A stretch of 64,000 nucleotides of DNA. Source: Lama guanicoe (lineage: Eukaryota). Positions 1 through 13,733 of this stretch are shown in pieces. Position 1 is the stretch's first letter, and every line of letters starts with the position of its first letter. The notes below the pieces were generated by a model. The model made no database searches. It was not told the origin of the DNA and was given only the letters and a program-made list of their open reading frames with translations. Location of the stretch: contig MU054338.1 in the NCBI GenBank assembly GCA_013239625.1, forward strand, positions 3,247,371-3,311,370. The letters run 5' to 3'. The position numbers were made by a program, and so were the translations under genes.

Positions 1-715
1 CAGGAGCATCTAGTGCTGTAAATTTCCCTCTCAGCACTACCTTCACTGCTTTCCACATATTTTGCTGTGTTATATTTTTCTCTTTATTCAGTTCTCTCAA
101 TTTTTAAAAATTTTTTTGAGGGTTTGTCTTTGGCTCTTGGCTTCCTGAGAAAGGCGTTTAACTCCCAAGTGTTTCCTGAGGTTTGCATTGTCTTTCTGCT
201 GTTGATTTCCAGTTTGACTTCGTTGTGGTCAAAGAACATACTCTGTATGATTACAGTCCTTGTCAAGGTTTGTTTTATTGGCCCTGAATGGGGTCTGTCT
301 TGGTGAATATTTCACAGTTGCTTGGAAAAAAAGAAAAGCATTCTATTGTTGAGTGGATTGTTCTGTTTATATCACTTAGACCGAGTTGGCTGGTTGTGTT
401 GTTCACATCTTCTAACTGGTGCTGATGTTCTGTCTAGTACTTCTGTCAGTTGCTGAGGGGGTGTTGCAGTACCCAGCTGTAACTGTGGGTTTGTCTGTTT
501 CTCCTTTCAGCCTCCTAATTGTGAGGGTCTGTTGTTTGGTGCTTACACACTTAGGATGGTTGTCTCCTGGTCCTAACATAATGTCCCTCTTCGTCTCCAG
601 TAAATTTCTTTCTTTTTTTTTTTCTCCAGTAAATTTCTTTGTTGTGAAGTCTACTTTGTCTGAGACGCATGTGTGTGTATTGACATACCTGCTTTTACCT
701 GCTTTTTAAAATTTT
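1..715 (-). mobile_element. Old L1 fragment (ORF2 region)
   Basis: T-rich strand with L1-like motifs; minus-strand ORF contains 'MFFDHNEVKLEIN', similar to the end of the L1 ORF2 endonuclease. Confidence 0.75.
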
Positions 716-775
716 TTTAAGACCTGTTTTATCACCTAGATTCTATTTTTATTTCCTGGGAATCATTTGTTTTTT

Positions 776-904
776 GAGGGGAGGTAATTAGGTTTATTTA
801 TTTATTTATTTATTTTGATGGAGGGCCTGGGAATTGAACCCAGGACCTGGTGCATGCTAGGCATGTACCCTACTACAGAGCTGTACCCGAGCTGTACCCT
901 CCCC
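776..904 (-). mobile_element. tRNA-derived SINE (Vic-1-like)
   Basis: Reverse-strand tRNA-like head (GGTTCAATTCC box B), (TAAA)n and CCTAATTACCTCCCC tail; internal duplication of GAGCTGTACCC. Confidence 0.85.
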
Positions 905-1077
905 ATTGCCTTTTTTTTTTTTTGAAAAAAGTAAATGTTTACACAGTGTATATCTTTTTTTATCCGTTTACTTTGAATCTCTGTGGTTGAATTTGGAATT
1001 CTTGTAAACAGGATATCAATGAATCATTTTTAAAAAATCCACTCTGCCAGTCTGCCTTTTAACTGGCATACATTATT

Positions 1078-1303
1078 GCTACTTGAACAACTTGGGGATT
1101 AGAGGCACCAACGCCCTACACAGTCAAGAATCTGAGTGTAACTTAGAGTCAGCCCTCCATGTCTGAGGGTCCCTGTATCTGTGTGTCCCCGTCCGAGGAT
1201 GCAGCCAACTGGGGATTGTGTGGTCCTTGAGTATTTCCTAATGAAAAAAATCAGCCTATAGGTGGACTCATGCAGCTCAACTTCATGTTGTTCCAGGGAC
1301 AAG
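1078..1303. mobile_element. Non-autonomous Tigger/MER2-group DNA transposon
   Basis: Degenerate terminal inverted repeats CTTGAACAAC (1082) and GTTGTTCCAG (1287). Confidence 0.65.
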
Positions 1304-2334
1304 CGTATTCAGAGCCCTCCCATTGAAGGTGGTGACTGGTGTGTTAGGACGTGAGCCTGCCTCCTTGTGATCTGCTTTCTGTTCGTTTCCTCTCTTCCTT
1401 CTTCCTTTTCCTCTTTCTGTCCTCCTTGTGGGTTGTGTAGACGTTTTTTAGGATTCTGTCTTGATTTATTCAGTCTTTTGGGGTGTGCTGCTGTCTAGTT
1501 TTCTTAGCGGTTTCTCTGGATTTTATCATGGAGACCTACTACAGACCGCTGTCTCTTTTACCACTTAGACTGATGTGCGGGCCTCTCCCTGCCATTTACA
1601 TCCCTTTACACTCTCTTACTGTCTTCAGTATCAGATGATGTCGTGATTTTTATTTCAGTCACTGTATATGATTTAGAAAACGCTTAAGGAGCATAATCTA
1701 TTGTATGTACCCATATTTCTGCTCGCTTTGTTTTTCTTCCTTTTGCTCCCAAGATTCCTTCCTTTATAATTTCCTATCTCTTTGAAGAACTCCCTTCCTT
1801 ATTCTTTAAAGGTGTGTCTGCTAGCAAAGAATTCTTTTAATTTTCCTTTAACTGAGACTGCGACCATCTCTCCCACCTCCCTACCCCATCTGTTGAAGTA
1901 ACTCCCAAGCGTGGAATTGTTGTATCTGTTAATATTTTAGACTGTATTTCTTATTTTTAAAATGACTCTTTTAAAAGAAACATAGTTTGCCCTTATTACA
2001 GTATAAAAATTAACCGTAATGCCTTAATTTGTATCTAGTCATTGTTCAGTGTTCCAATTATCTCTCTTTTTTTTAACCATTTGTTTAAGATCTAAGCAGT
2101 GCCTGCAGATCTCAGGTTGATAGGTCTCTTACAAACCCCTTTTATCTTTAGGTTTCCTGTCCTTTCCTTTCTTCCCCACTTTCCTTAACAGCTGGCTTGT
2201 TGGAGAAGCCTGGTCACTTGTCCCATAGAATCTCCAGTCTGGGCTTTGCCACCTGCATCCTCGTGGTGTCATTTCCTCTGTTCCCCGTCCCCATGTTTCC
2301 CATGAACTGGTGGGCGGGGCTGGACCTGTGCCAT

Positions 2335-2625
2335 TTAGTCCTGTAGCCATGAGCCACACATGCTGTGGAGAGCTTGAAATGTGGCCAGGACATGTTCAGA
2401 TGTGCCGTGAGTGTCAAATACACACTGGATTTCAAAGACTTAGTGCCGAAAAAGAATGTAAAATAGCTTGTTAATAATTCCTTAGTGTACATTGCATGTC
2501 GAAATGGTATTTTGTATACGTTGGGTTACATAAAACATTCGAATTGATTACATCTGCTTTTACTTTTTGAACGTGGTTCTTAGAAAATGTTAAATTATAC
2601 ACGACTCGAACGTGATTTCTCTAGG
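2335..2625. mobile_element. MER33-like hAT DNA transposon
   Basis: GTCAAATACACACTGGATTTCAAAGACTTAGT and TTGAAATGTGGC motifs. Confidence 0.65.
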
Positions 2626-3016
2626 GTGTTGCTGCTGTAGCTGGCAAGTTGATCTGAAGAGACAGTAGGATGATCTGATGGAGGTGGTGGGTTGGTCCCT
2701 GGGGTCATTTTAACTTGAAGGAGTTTTTCTACTTTGATCAGACTTTACCTTTATGGTTTTTGCCTGCTAGCAGGTTAGAAATTATTCTCTGAAATGCATC
2801 TGGTGATGAAACCCTGGTTTTAGTTCCTGGTTTAGTAGGACTTGAACTTGCCCGGGGAGTAGCCGAGCGAGCGCACAGGCCCTGCAGGCCTCCCCTCGGG
2901 CGTGATTGGAGCGGGAGTGTTCTATGCTCCGAGTGTGTGTTGAGGCAGGTGGCAGCGCCTTCTCGGCGCCTCGGCGGGTGGCCTGCTTGGAGGTCTTAAT
3001 GGCTCATCCCCCACAG

Positions 3017-3117
3017 GGATCACTCTATCGATGACTGTCGGATCGCCTTTGTGGACGAAATTTTCAAGATTGAGCGCCCAGGCGAGGGGAGCCCCGTGGT
3101 GGAAAACCCGATGAGAA
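3017..3117 (+). CDS. UHRF1: UHRF1 coding exon (end of tandem Tudor domain / linker); upstream exons lie outside the window
   Basis: cag|G acceptor, A|gtgagt donor; translates [33 protein letters not shown], matching UHRF1. Confidence 0.95.
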
Positions 3118-3193
3118 GTGAGTTCCTGCCCCTCGGTGTCGGGCGGCGCGGGGGGCCCTGCCTGAGCTGACCCCGGCCTCCCCACCCGCGCAG

Positions 3194-3380
3194 GGAAGAG
3201 CGGGCCCTCCTGCAAGCACTGCAAGGACGACGAGAAGAAGCCGTGCCGCATGTGCGCCTGCCACCTGTGCGGGGGCAAGCAGGACCCTGACAAGCAGCTC
3301 CTGTGCGACGAGTGCGACATGGCCTTCCACACGTACTGCCTGTGCCCGCCCTTGTCCAGCGTCCCCAGCGAGGAGGAGTG
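3194..3380 (+). CDS. UHRF1: UHRF1 coding exon (TTD-PHD linker and PHD finger)
   Basis: [67 protein letters not shown] ends, phase compatible. Confidence 0.97.
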
Positions 3381-4009
3381 GTGAGTGGGGCCTGGGGACG
3401 GGGCTCACGGGTCTGCCACCTGGTGGCCCTGTGACCATGGGGAGTGGGGAGGGAACTGTCCCAAGTGGCTCCCGTGGCCTGGGCCCCAGGGTGACCCCAG
3501 GGAAGGAGGCTCCATGGGCAGGAGCTGGCCTCTGGGCCACCGTGCCATCTGTGCTCATCCTGGTGACTGCCACCAGGGGGCAGGAAGGATTGTGATGCGC
3601 TCAGCTCTGGTCTAAGGACCCTCACCTGCTAACGGAGGTGGCTGCTGTTTGCACTGCCCCTGGCCTTGTGGACATGGGGAAACCGAGTCACTGGCAGCGA
3701 GGCGGTGCCATCGACCGTCCCATGTGTCTGTCCCATCTGGGCTGGGCCTCCACTCCCCATTGGGAAGCTCTGCAGTTCCCCGGAGAGGGGTCAGGGTCTG
3801 CTGTCCACCTTGGCCACCGCTCGCCAGACCCGGCTTCTGAGCACATCAGATGTGGCACACGTGACCAAGGAACTGGGTTTCTTATCTGATGTCAACCCCA
3901 GCTGGGATGTGCAGGACCCCAGGGAGCTGGAAGGAGCTGGCTGTGTCTGCAGCATGGGGCCGGCAGGAGTGCATGGCCAAGGCCAGAGGTGATGTCCCTG
4001 TTGTCACAG

Positions 4010-4555
<546 letters not shown>

Positions 4556-4626
4556 TAAGGAGGGCTCGGGCTCTTCCGTTGCGGCTGGTCCGGGAGGTGC
4601 CACGTGTTTCTCGGTGGCTTTCGCAG

Positions 4627-4731
4627 GTCAGTGAGTCGGGGGTCCATCGACCTCACGTGGCAGGCATCCACGGCCGGAGCAACGACGGGGCATACTCTCT
4701 GGTCCTGGCTGGGGGCTATGAGGATGACGTG
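4627..4731 (+). CDS. UHRF1: UHRF1 coding exon (SRA)
   Basis: [35 protein letters not shown]; gtgagt donor. Confidence 0.97.
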
Positions 4732-4749
4732 GTGAGTGTGGGGAGGTGG

Positions 4750-5758
<1,009 letters not shown>

Positions 5759-5849
5759 TAGAGCCCAGTGAAGAGTGTGGTGGGACGTAGGGGTGATGGA
5801 CATCAGCTCTTTCCTGCTCTGTCCACTAAACACTCGTGAGTCAGATGCA

Positions 5850-6042
5850 TTAAAGCAAACTTCCCCCTAGAAGGCCAGATAATAAATATTTTTGGCTTTG
5901 CAGGCGGCATGGTCTCTGTTGCCGCTCTGCCGTCCTAGCACAAAGCACCTGCAGAGCACATGTGAGAGCGTGTGCACAGCACTGTTGGCAATAAAACTTT
6001 ATTTGCAAAACCAGGAGGTGGGCAGGCATTTGCTGAGCACCG
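5850..6042 (+). mobile_element. MER58A-like hAT DNA transposon
   Basis: GGCCAGATAATAAATATTTTTGGCTTTGCAGG and CAATAAAACTTTATTTGCAAAA. Confidence 0.75.
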
Positions 6043-7037
6043 ATTACAGGATGGGATAAAGCAGAAAAAGTATAAAGCCCAAAGGAAAAGACAGATCTGA
6101 TGAGCTAAATATTATAAATTACAGCATTAAAACCCCTAAGTAAAGTGGGAAAAAAAGGGCAAATAACTATCTTGGGGAAAAGTCTGCCACTAACATGACA
6201 CCTGATGGTTATGTCCTTATATGTAAAGAGCTGGTGCAAATCAGTAAGAAAAACTAATAGGACAACAGCAAAGTATGTGCATATCATACAGCAAAGAAAA
6301 GCAAAGCTCCAAAGACCATGAAACTTTGTTCCATTTTAGTGATCAAAGAAATACACATGGAAGCAACGATGAGATACTGTTTATTTACCACGCGATGTTG
6401 GCCCCAGATGCTAAAATGTTGAGAAATGCCAAGGCGTAGACTAGCATTCCACTATTGGTAGAAACACAAGTTAATACCATCTTTCTAGAAAGCTCTTTGC
6501 CTGTGTGTATGAAGAGCCTTGGGAGTGTTCTTACTCACGACCCTGTAACTCTCCTTTGCAAGTGTGTTTATGAGACTCGGGGAGATGTTATGTGTGGGGA
6601 TAGTCACTGTGCCATTATCCAAAACAGCCAAATATCAATAACTAAGTATCTGTTTTAAAAATGATGGAAGGGTTTGTTTTTGTACTTTTGTCTAGTGGAA
6701 TATTTAAATTTCAGTGGCTATTAAAAAAATCCCATTTTTGGAGATCTAATGGTGTGAGGAACTTCTTGGAAGCTAACATCATGTTGTAAAATCTGGACAT
6801 GAGACTCTTAAGAAATCTGGTTTTTAACAAGCGCTGTCCGCCCAGGAGGACAGCTGCGTAGCTGCCACTCCTCCTTCTCGCCCGGTGAGACGGCCTCGTT
6901 GCATCAGACGCTGAGCTGACCTCTGGTCCACTTGACCCAGGCCTCTGTGCCCTTTGTCGAGACAGACCTGCCGGCCCAGCCCATGTTTGTGCGCCTCCTC
7001 GGGGCTTTTTTGATGTTTGGGGTTTTTTTTTAATATA

Positions 7038-7141
7038 GGGGGAGTGTAATAGGTTTATTTATTTTTAAAGGAGGCACTGGGGTTGAACCCAGGACCTCAT
7101 GCATGCTAAGCACGTGTTCTACCACTGAGTTATACCCTCCC
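7038..7141 (-). mobile_element. tRNA-derived SINE (Vic-1-like)
   Basis: Same family: GTTGAACCCAGGACCTCATGCATGCTAAGCA. Confidence 0.85.
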
Positions 7142-7180
7142 TGCTCCTCATTTTCCTTGATGGCATTTTCCCCACATCTT

Positions 7181-7562
7181 GTTAGTGTCCTGTGGCTCCA
7201 GTAACAAAATACCACAAACTGAGGTGGTTTAAAGCAACAGGAATTTATTCTTGCCTAAGTCTGGAGGCCCAGAGTCTGAAATCAGGGTGTCGCAGGGCCA
7301 TGCTCCCTCTGAAACCTCTAGGGGTGGGCCCTTCCTGGATGTCCCTTGGCTTGTAGATGCAACACTCCAGCCTCTGTGCTGGCACCTTCTCGGGCCCTGC
7401 CCCCGTGTCCGTCTCAGTTTCCCTTTTCTTAGAAGGACAGCAGACATTGGACTTAGAGCCCCCCTAATCCACCGTGACTGCCTCTGAATCTGACTCCATC
7501 CATAAGCACCCTCTTCCCAAAGAAGGTCCCAGTCATGGGATCTAGAGGCGGAGACTCAGCCC
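7181..7562 (-). mobile_element. MLT1-type MaLR LTR
   Basis: GTAACAAAATACCACAAACT...AACAGGAATTTATT...CTGGAGGC...GTCTGAAATCAGGGTGT. Confidence 0.75.
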
Positions 7563-7618
7563 TGTGTCGCTCGGGGATGCAGTCCCGCCCACAGCGCTGG
7601 GCCTGGCTCTCCCTGCAG

Positions 7619-7781
7619 GGCGCTGGCTCTGAACTGCAGTGCTCCCATCAACGACCGCAAAGGGGCCGAGGCCAAGGACTGGAGGGCGGGGAAGCCGGTC
7701 CGGGTGGTGCGCAACGTCAAGGGCCGCAAGCACAGCAAGTACGCCCCAGCTGAGGGCAACCGATACGACGGCATCTACAAG
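7619..7781 (+). CDS. UHRF1: UHRF1 coding exon (SRA, YDG motif)
   Basis: [58 protein letters not shown] ends. Confidence 0.97.
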
Positions 7782-7867
7782 GTCAGCAGCTCCCCATCCC
7801 TCCTCGCCTGCCCGCCCACCCCCCAGGCCCCCAGGTCCCCAGGTCACTATCAGCCACGCTCCTGCAG

Positions 7868-8005
7868 GTGGTGCGGTACTGGCCCGAGAAGGGGAAGTCC
7901 GGCTTCCTGGTGTGGCGCTTCCTCCTGCGCAGGGACGATGTCGAGCCTGGACCCTGGACCAAGGAGGGCAAGGACCGGATCAAGAAGCTGGGGCTGACCA
8001 TGCAG
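7868..8005 (+). CDS. UHRF1: UHRF1 coding exon (end of SRA)
   Basis: [50 protein letters not shown] ends. Confidence 0.97.
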
Positions 8006-9320
8006 GTGCGTCCTGGCCGGCCGCGCAGCTCCCCCGGCCCAGCCAGCAGATCGTGGCTGGAGCCAGCCCTGGGCCTGCCTTCTCGACACCTGCTTGGGGT
8101 TTTCCTGTCTTGAAAGATTTCCAGGCTCTGGGCAGGTGGCACCTTGCTGGCTGTACCATCCACGTTTTCAGTCAATGAATACCAGGGAGTGGCAGCTCAT
8201 CTTTGCATCTGCGGTTTTAGAGCTGAGAGCCACTTTCTTATCAGAGCCGTGTTAGAGGAGCTTATCTGAAATCTGGAGTCCACTGTCCTCTCTCGGCCAG
8301 TCCCCCTCCCTTTCTCTCCCGTCTCTCTCCCCTCTCTGCTCCTCACCCCTCCCGCTCCAAAAACAGCAGAAACCAATAAAACTGGTCTAGATACAGACTT
8401 CAGGGAGGTCTAAAAGTGAACGTAAGGTGGCAGGATCTCCCGGGGCAGTCACTCACTGCCGAGAGCTACGGAATCCTCCATCTCCCAGAGTTCCCCCAGT
8501 GCACGCGGAGTGCGGCTCTTTGGCACCATAATTACGGTGTTTGCTGTTCATTTTGGTGAGCTGCTCTATAGTGATAAGTCGTGGTGGGACTATTTAAGGA
8601 ATCTTAATTGCTGTTGAGAGTCAGATCGCACCTACCCCCTGGGGAGGGCCACAGCCAGTTGTCTTTCGAACCCATTGTTGGTCCTACAAGGAATTTCAGA
8701 AGCCGAGGAACTGGGGAGAGAACCAGCCACGGGTCGTGGGGACTGTCAGTGTTTGGTGGGAAAAGGGTTTTTATTTAGGACTTAAGCCTTCATTGCAAGT
8801 TAGTGTTGGTAGAAGAGCTTGAAGGTTTCCTGAGGAGAAACACTGGAGAGTTAGATGGGATTGTAGGTGCCTTGGAAATGGGGTTCTAATCAGGTCATGC
8901 CTGTTGGGACGTGGAGGAGCCCAGGATCCATCAAAATCTGGTTGGCGAGCCAAGGCCTGGGGCCAGTTGTTGGTCAGTGAAGTTTTCTGGGGGCCCAGCC
9001 ATGGCCACTCATTCCCACAGGGGCTGGGCCTGCTTTTGTCCCCACAGAGCCCGAAATTTTTAGTGCCTGGCCTCTGGCTGGAGAAGTATGCCTACTTCTC
9101 CCAGAAATAGAAAAGACAATAAGAGCATCTTACTTGCTGGCTCTGACGCGGAGCATCCGATGTGTGTCATCTCATGCCGGGCAGGCTGACCATCCGCTTT
9201 CCTGCAGGGGTCCAGCGTTGAGTCTGGAGGCTCTGAGCCGAGGCTGAGTGAGGCCGGAGCCTAGGTCTCTGGGGCCAGGCGGGGGCCGGGGAGGGTGACG
9301 TCCTGTCTTCTCCCCCGCAG

Positions 9321-9474
9321 TACCCAGAAGGCTACCTGGAGGCCCTTGCCCGGAGGCAGAAGGAAAAGGAGAACAACAAGAAGGCGGCCCCGGAGGAGGA
9401 GGAGGAGGAGGCGGAGGAGGAGGAGGAAGGCTTCACGTCCCCCAGGAAGGGCAAGCGGAAGAGCAAGTCGGCCG
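9321..9474 (+). CDS. UHRF1: UHRF1 coding exon (SRA-RING linker: acidic tract and polybasic region)
   Basis: [51 protein letters not shown]; 154 nt, phase compatible with next exon. Confidence 0.95.
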
Positions 9475-9551
9475 GTGGGTGTCTCCTCGAGCTGGGGGGC
9501 CGTCCTCGCTGGGACCCCCACCCCCACCCTCACCTGCTCCACTCTTCCCAG

Positions 9552-9709
9552 GAGGCAGCCGGGCCAGCAGCGGGTCCCTGCGAGAGACGCCCAAGAAGAC
9601 CAGGGTGGAGCCCTACAGCCTCACCAGCCAGCAGAGCAGCCTCATCAAGGAGGACAAGAGCAACACGAAGCTGTGGACCGAGATCCTGAAGTCGCTCAAG
9701 GACGGGCCG
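9552..9709 (+). CDS. UHRF1: UHRF1 coding exon (linker, pre-RING helices)
   Basis: [53 protein letters not shown]; gtgagc donor. Confidence 0.93.
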
Positions 9710-9769
9710 GTGAGCCCCCGCCCCGCCGGGCCGCCTCCTTTCTGGGGTGACAGGCCTGCCCCTCTGCGT

Positions 9770-10262
9770 TTAGAGCGCGCAGCTCAGGGCACGAAGCACG
9801 TGTGCACTGTTCTGTGCCATCCATCCCCAGAGCATTCCATCTTCCCAAACTGAAACTCCGTCCCCGCCCCCGCCATCTACTTTTCTCTTTTCGAATCTGA
9901 TTCCTCTAGGGACCTCCTGTGAGTGGGATCACACAGTATTTGCCCTTCTGTGACTGGCTTATTTCACTGAACGCCATGTCCTCAGAGTTTGTGCACGTTG
10001 TAGCAGGTGTCAGAATCTCCTTTTTTAAAGCTGAGCGATACTCCACCACGTGGATGGACGACGTTTGTTCATCTGTCATCTGTCAGTGGACACTTGGGTT
10101 GCTTCCACCCTTTGGCTGCTGTGAATGGTGCTGCTCTGAACACAGGGGTGCAGTTATCTCTTTGTGACCCCGCTTTCAGTTCTCTTGGGTATCAACCCAG
10201 AACTGGGATTGCTGGGTCACAGGGTCATTCTGGGTTCAAATCTTTGAGGAACTGCCAAACCA
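9770..10262 (-). mobile_element. Old L1 3' end (L1MB-like)
   Basis: CAGTATTTGCCCTTCTGTGACTGGCTTATTTCACT, GGACACTTGGGTTGCTTCCAC. Confidence 0.75.
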
Positions 10263-10559
10263 GGGGTGTCTTTTTCAACCCTCCTGCCTTAGTGGGGTGA
10301 GTGACGTTGATGGGTCCCTGCAGGTGAATGGCTTGGTGTCCTCTGGCCACTGCCCCTGCCTGGTGGGGACCAGCTCTCCTGGGCTCACTGTCAAGGTCAA
10401 ACCCAAACTGTAAGAGCTGTGGACAAGGTGTCCGTCACTGCTAACGTCCTTCTGGACTTTACCTCCTGATCACCCCATTGCAGGGCCTCTGCCCTTATAT
10501 GTATCTCTGCCTCGAGCACCTTCCCCCGCAGCCCTCCGGGCTCAGTCTTCCTGCATCAA

Positions 10560-10950
10560 ATCACCGTGGCTGCCCTAACAAGTGAGCCTTTAGGGGCTAA
10601 AATCCAGGTGTGAGCAGGGCTGGTCCCTCCTGAGTCTCTGGGGAGAATCAGGTCCTGCCTTTTCCAGCTTCTAGAGGCGCCCTATCCCTGGCTCGCGGCC
10701 CCTCCCTCCATCCTCACTGCCAGCAGCGCAGCATCTCATCTCCCGTCTCTCTCTGACTCTGACCTCCTGCCTCACTCTGATAAGGACTCTGTGAGGACAC
10801 TGGGTCCCCCAGGTGGCCCAGGGTCACCCCCATCCCAGGGGCCTTAACTGAATCCCACTTGCAGAGATCCCCCTTCCCCATGAAGGTGAGGCATTCACAG
10901 GTCCCAGGGTTTGGATGAGGGTGTCTTGGGAGGCTGGTTCTGGTCCCCAC
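10560..10950 (-). mobile_element. MLT1-type MaLR LTR
   Basis: TTCCAGCTTCTAGAGGC, TAAGGACTCTGTGA, CACAGGTCCCAGGG motifs. Confidence 0.65.
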
Positions 10951-11401
10951 GTCCTTTTGTTCTGTTAATGGGCCACCTGCCCCGTGGAGCCCTCTGGCCG
11001 CCTGCCTTCTGGGGCAGCCGCTCCCCGGCTCGCTGCTGTCTCGCCCCCAGCGCTGCGGCGACGTTGGTCTTTTGCTTGCTTGCTCTTTGGCCTCCCGCAC
11101 TGGGCCTCGCGCTCCATGAGGGCAGCCTTTCTCTGTCTCATCCAGCGTTGGACCCCGGGGACTGAGTGGCAGGCAGGCGGCACTGTGTTGCGGGGCTGAG
11201 CTCCGCGCCCGAGAGACTCGCTGATAGAGCGCGGTCCTGAACTGGACCCTGGCTGCGCTCCACTGGCGCCAGGGCCTAAGATGAGCTCACAGCCGCTCCT
11301 GCCTCCTGGGGTGGGGGTGGGAGGATGAGACTCGGGCCCTGGGTGGGGGCTGGACAGGGGATCTGGGGATTCCAGCCTGGCTGTTCGTTCCAGGGAACTG
11401 A

Positions 11402-11809
<408 letters not shown>

Positions 11810-13094
11810 TAGTGCCTGCCTTCTTTGGGTGCCGCTTGCTGGCCCTCCCTTCCCTCTGGAATGCATGTCCCAGCCTCTTATATATGCGTGAGCCCAGGTG
11901 AGAGAAAATGGCTGTTGTCCTGACCTGGGATCCGATCACAATAAATGAAGCAGACTGTGGGCTGGGCTGGAGAGCTGTGAGGCGTTTATCCCCTAGAGGA
12001 GTAGGGAGGTGGGCTTCCTGGTGGAGGTGGCAATTAACCTGCTCCCTGAGGGGGGCCTTGGGGCAGCCTACCAGGCAGGCAGAATGGCATGTGCAGAAGC
12101 CTGGATGGGTGGGCACCTCGGGTGATGGAGCTGGAACAGTATGATTACATCTGATGCTTTTGAAAGTGGGATTGGGAGGGTCTCAGACTGGGCCATATGT
12201 GGTCTGCCCCTGAGTGGTGCCAATGGGGGCCGGATCATTCCGTTGTGGGGGTGCCCTGGACGCTGAGGTTCTGAGCAGCGAGCGTCCTTGGCCCCACATA
12301 CTTGGTCCCAGGGGTCCCTCCAGTTGGGAAGCGTGTCTGGGTGCATGATTTCTTTCTGGTCTTCTGGCCAGAGTCGGTCAGTAGGAACTTACGGGTTGGC
12401 AGGCAGGCTGTTTAGAAGGGACTGTCTCTGCCTCCCAGTCACCCTGGATCTCTGAGCTGTTCTCTCTCCTTGGGGCTATCTCAGTCCAGGATGTCAGGCC
12501 AGTTGTCAGACCAGAGAACATGAAGACCTGGGTGGCCACGGTCAGGCCCTTCACTCTACTGCCATGTGGTCTGACCGAGGCCTGTGTGTCCGGGAGAGAT
12601 GCCCCTGTGTGCCTGAGGCTGTGTGGGGTCCGAGGGGGGCCCAGGTGTGGCGGAGCAGGGGGAGGGCATGTCAGCGGTCTGGGTTTAACTTCCCTTCTGC
12701 CCTTTCTGGCCTTGAGACCTTGGGAAGCCACATAGCCATGCTAAACCCTGTGGCCCCAGTGGAAGGGGGCATCACGGCACCTTTCTGGCCCGTGTCTGGC
12801 TCCAGGCGACGGCTGAGGCACTCCAGGCTGGTGGAGGCAGAGCTGCGGGGCGCACAGGAAGTCAGGCCCGCGGGCTCTGGATGTGGGCCAGGTGGCCCAG
12901 GGAGCCACTCGTACCTGTCGCTGGGGTGCTGATGCTGTGCTGGAGGGAGAGGCCACTGGCACAAGCGCGTCTGTGCCGCCTGTCCTCACGGCTGCTGTGC
13001 CCGCTCCGACAGGCTCAGTGTCGGGCTGTGGGGAAACGGCTTTGGCCCTCCACCCTGATGTCCCAGCACTCGATTTTGTTTTTACTCTGTGAGA

Positions 13095-13560
13095 GTATTT
13101 TTATTGTGGTAAGATCCACAGCATACGGTTTACTGTTCTGTTTGTAAAAATGCAGCTCAGTGGCATTAAGCACATTCACACTGCTGTGCAACCATCCCCA
13201 CCATCATCTCCAGAACTTAGAACTTCCATGTTCCCAAACTGAAACTCTGTCCCCATGAAACACTGACTCCCCATCCCCTCCCCCAGCCCTGGCCCCACCG
13301 TCTGCTTCCTGTCTGTGGATTTGACTCCTGCAGGGAACTCCTGTGAGTGGACTCAGACAGTATTTGTCCTTCTGTGTCTGACTTCTCTCCCTGAGCGTCA
13401 TATTCAGGGTTCATCTGCGTTGTAGCGTGTATCGGAATCCCCTTCCTTTGGAAGGCTCAGTCACCTTGCAGCCTGTGGGTGGACCCCACTGTGTTTACCC
13501 GTCATCTGTGGGTGGCCTCTTTGGGCGTTTCCTCCCACCTTTTGCCCATTGTGAAGCAGG
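13095..13560 (-). mobile_element. Old L1 3' end (L1MB-like)
   Basis: CAGTGGCATTAAGCACATTCACA, CCATCATCTCCAGAAC motifs. Confidence 0.75.
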
Positions 13561-13702
13561 CAGCTGTCCAGAGCCTGATTTGGAACCTGAATCTTGGTGT
13601 GTTGTGCAGAGAGAACTACCTTTCGTCTCTGGAATCAAGCTATAGACTTTATATTGGAAAAAGAATGCAGGAGTTTTTAAAAACAGGAAATAGAAGCTGC
13701 AG

Positions 13703-13704
<2 letters not shown>

Positions 13705-13728
<24 letters not shown>
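13705..13728 (+). repeat. (CGG)8 microsatellite in last UHRF1 intron
   Basis: Eight perfect CGG units. Confidence 0.95.

Positions 13729-13733
<5 letters not shown>

Noticed and set aside
3165..3193. Alternative in-frame acceptor 27 nt upstream (would add about 9 aa to the Tudor-PHD linker, like the mouse long isoform)
   Set aside because: Weak GAG acceptor lying upstream of the likely CTGAC branch point, and it would leave an intron of only 49 nt.
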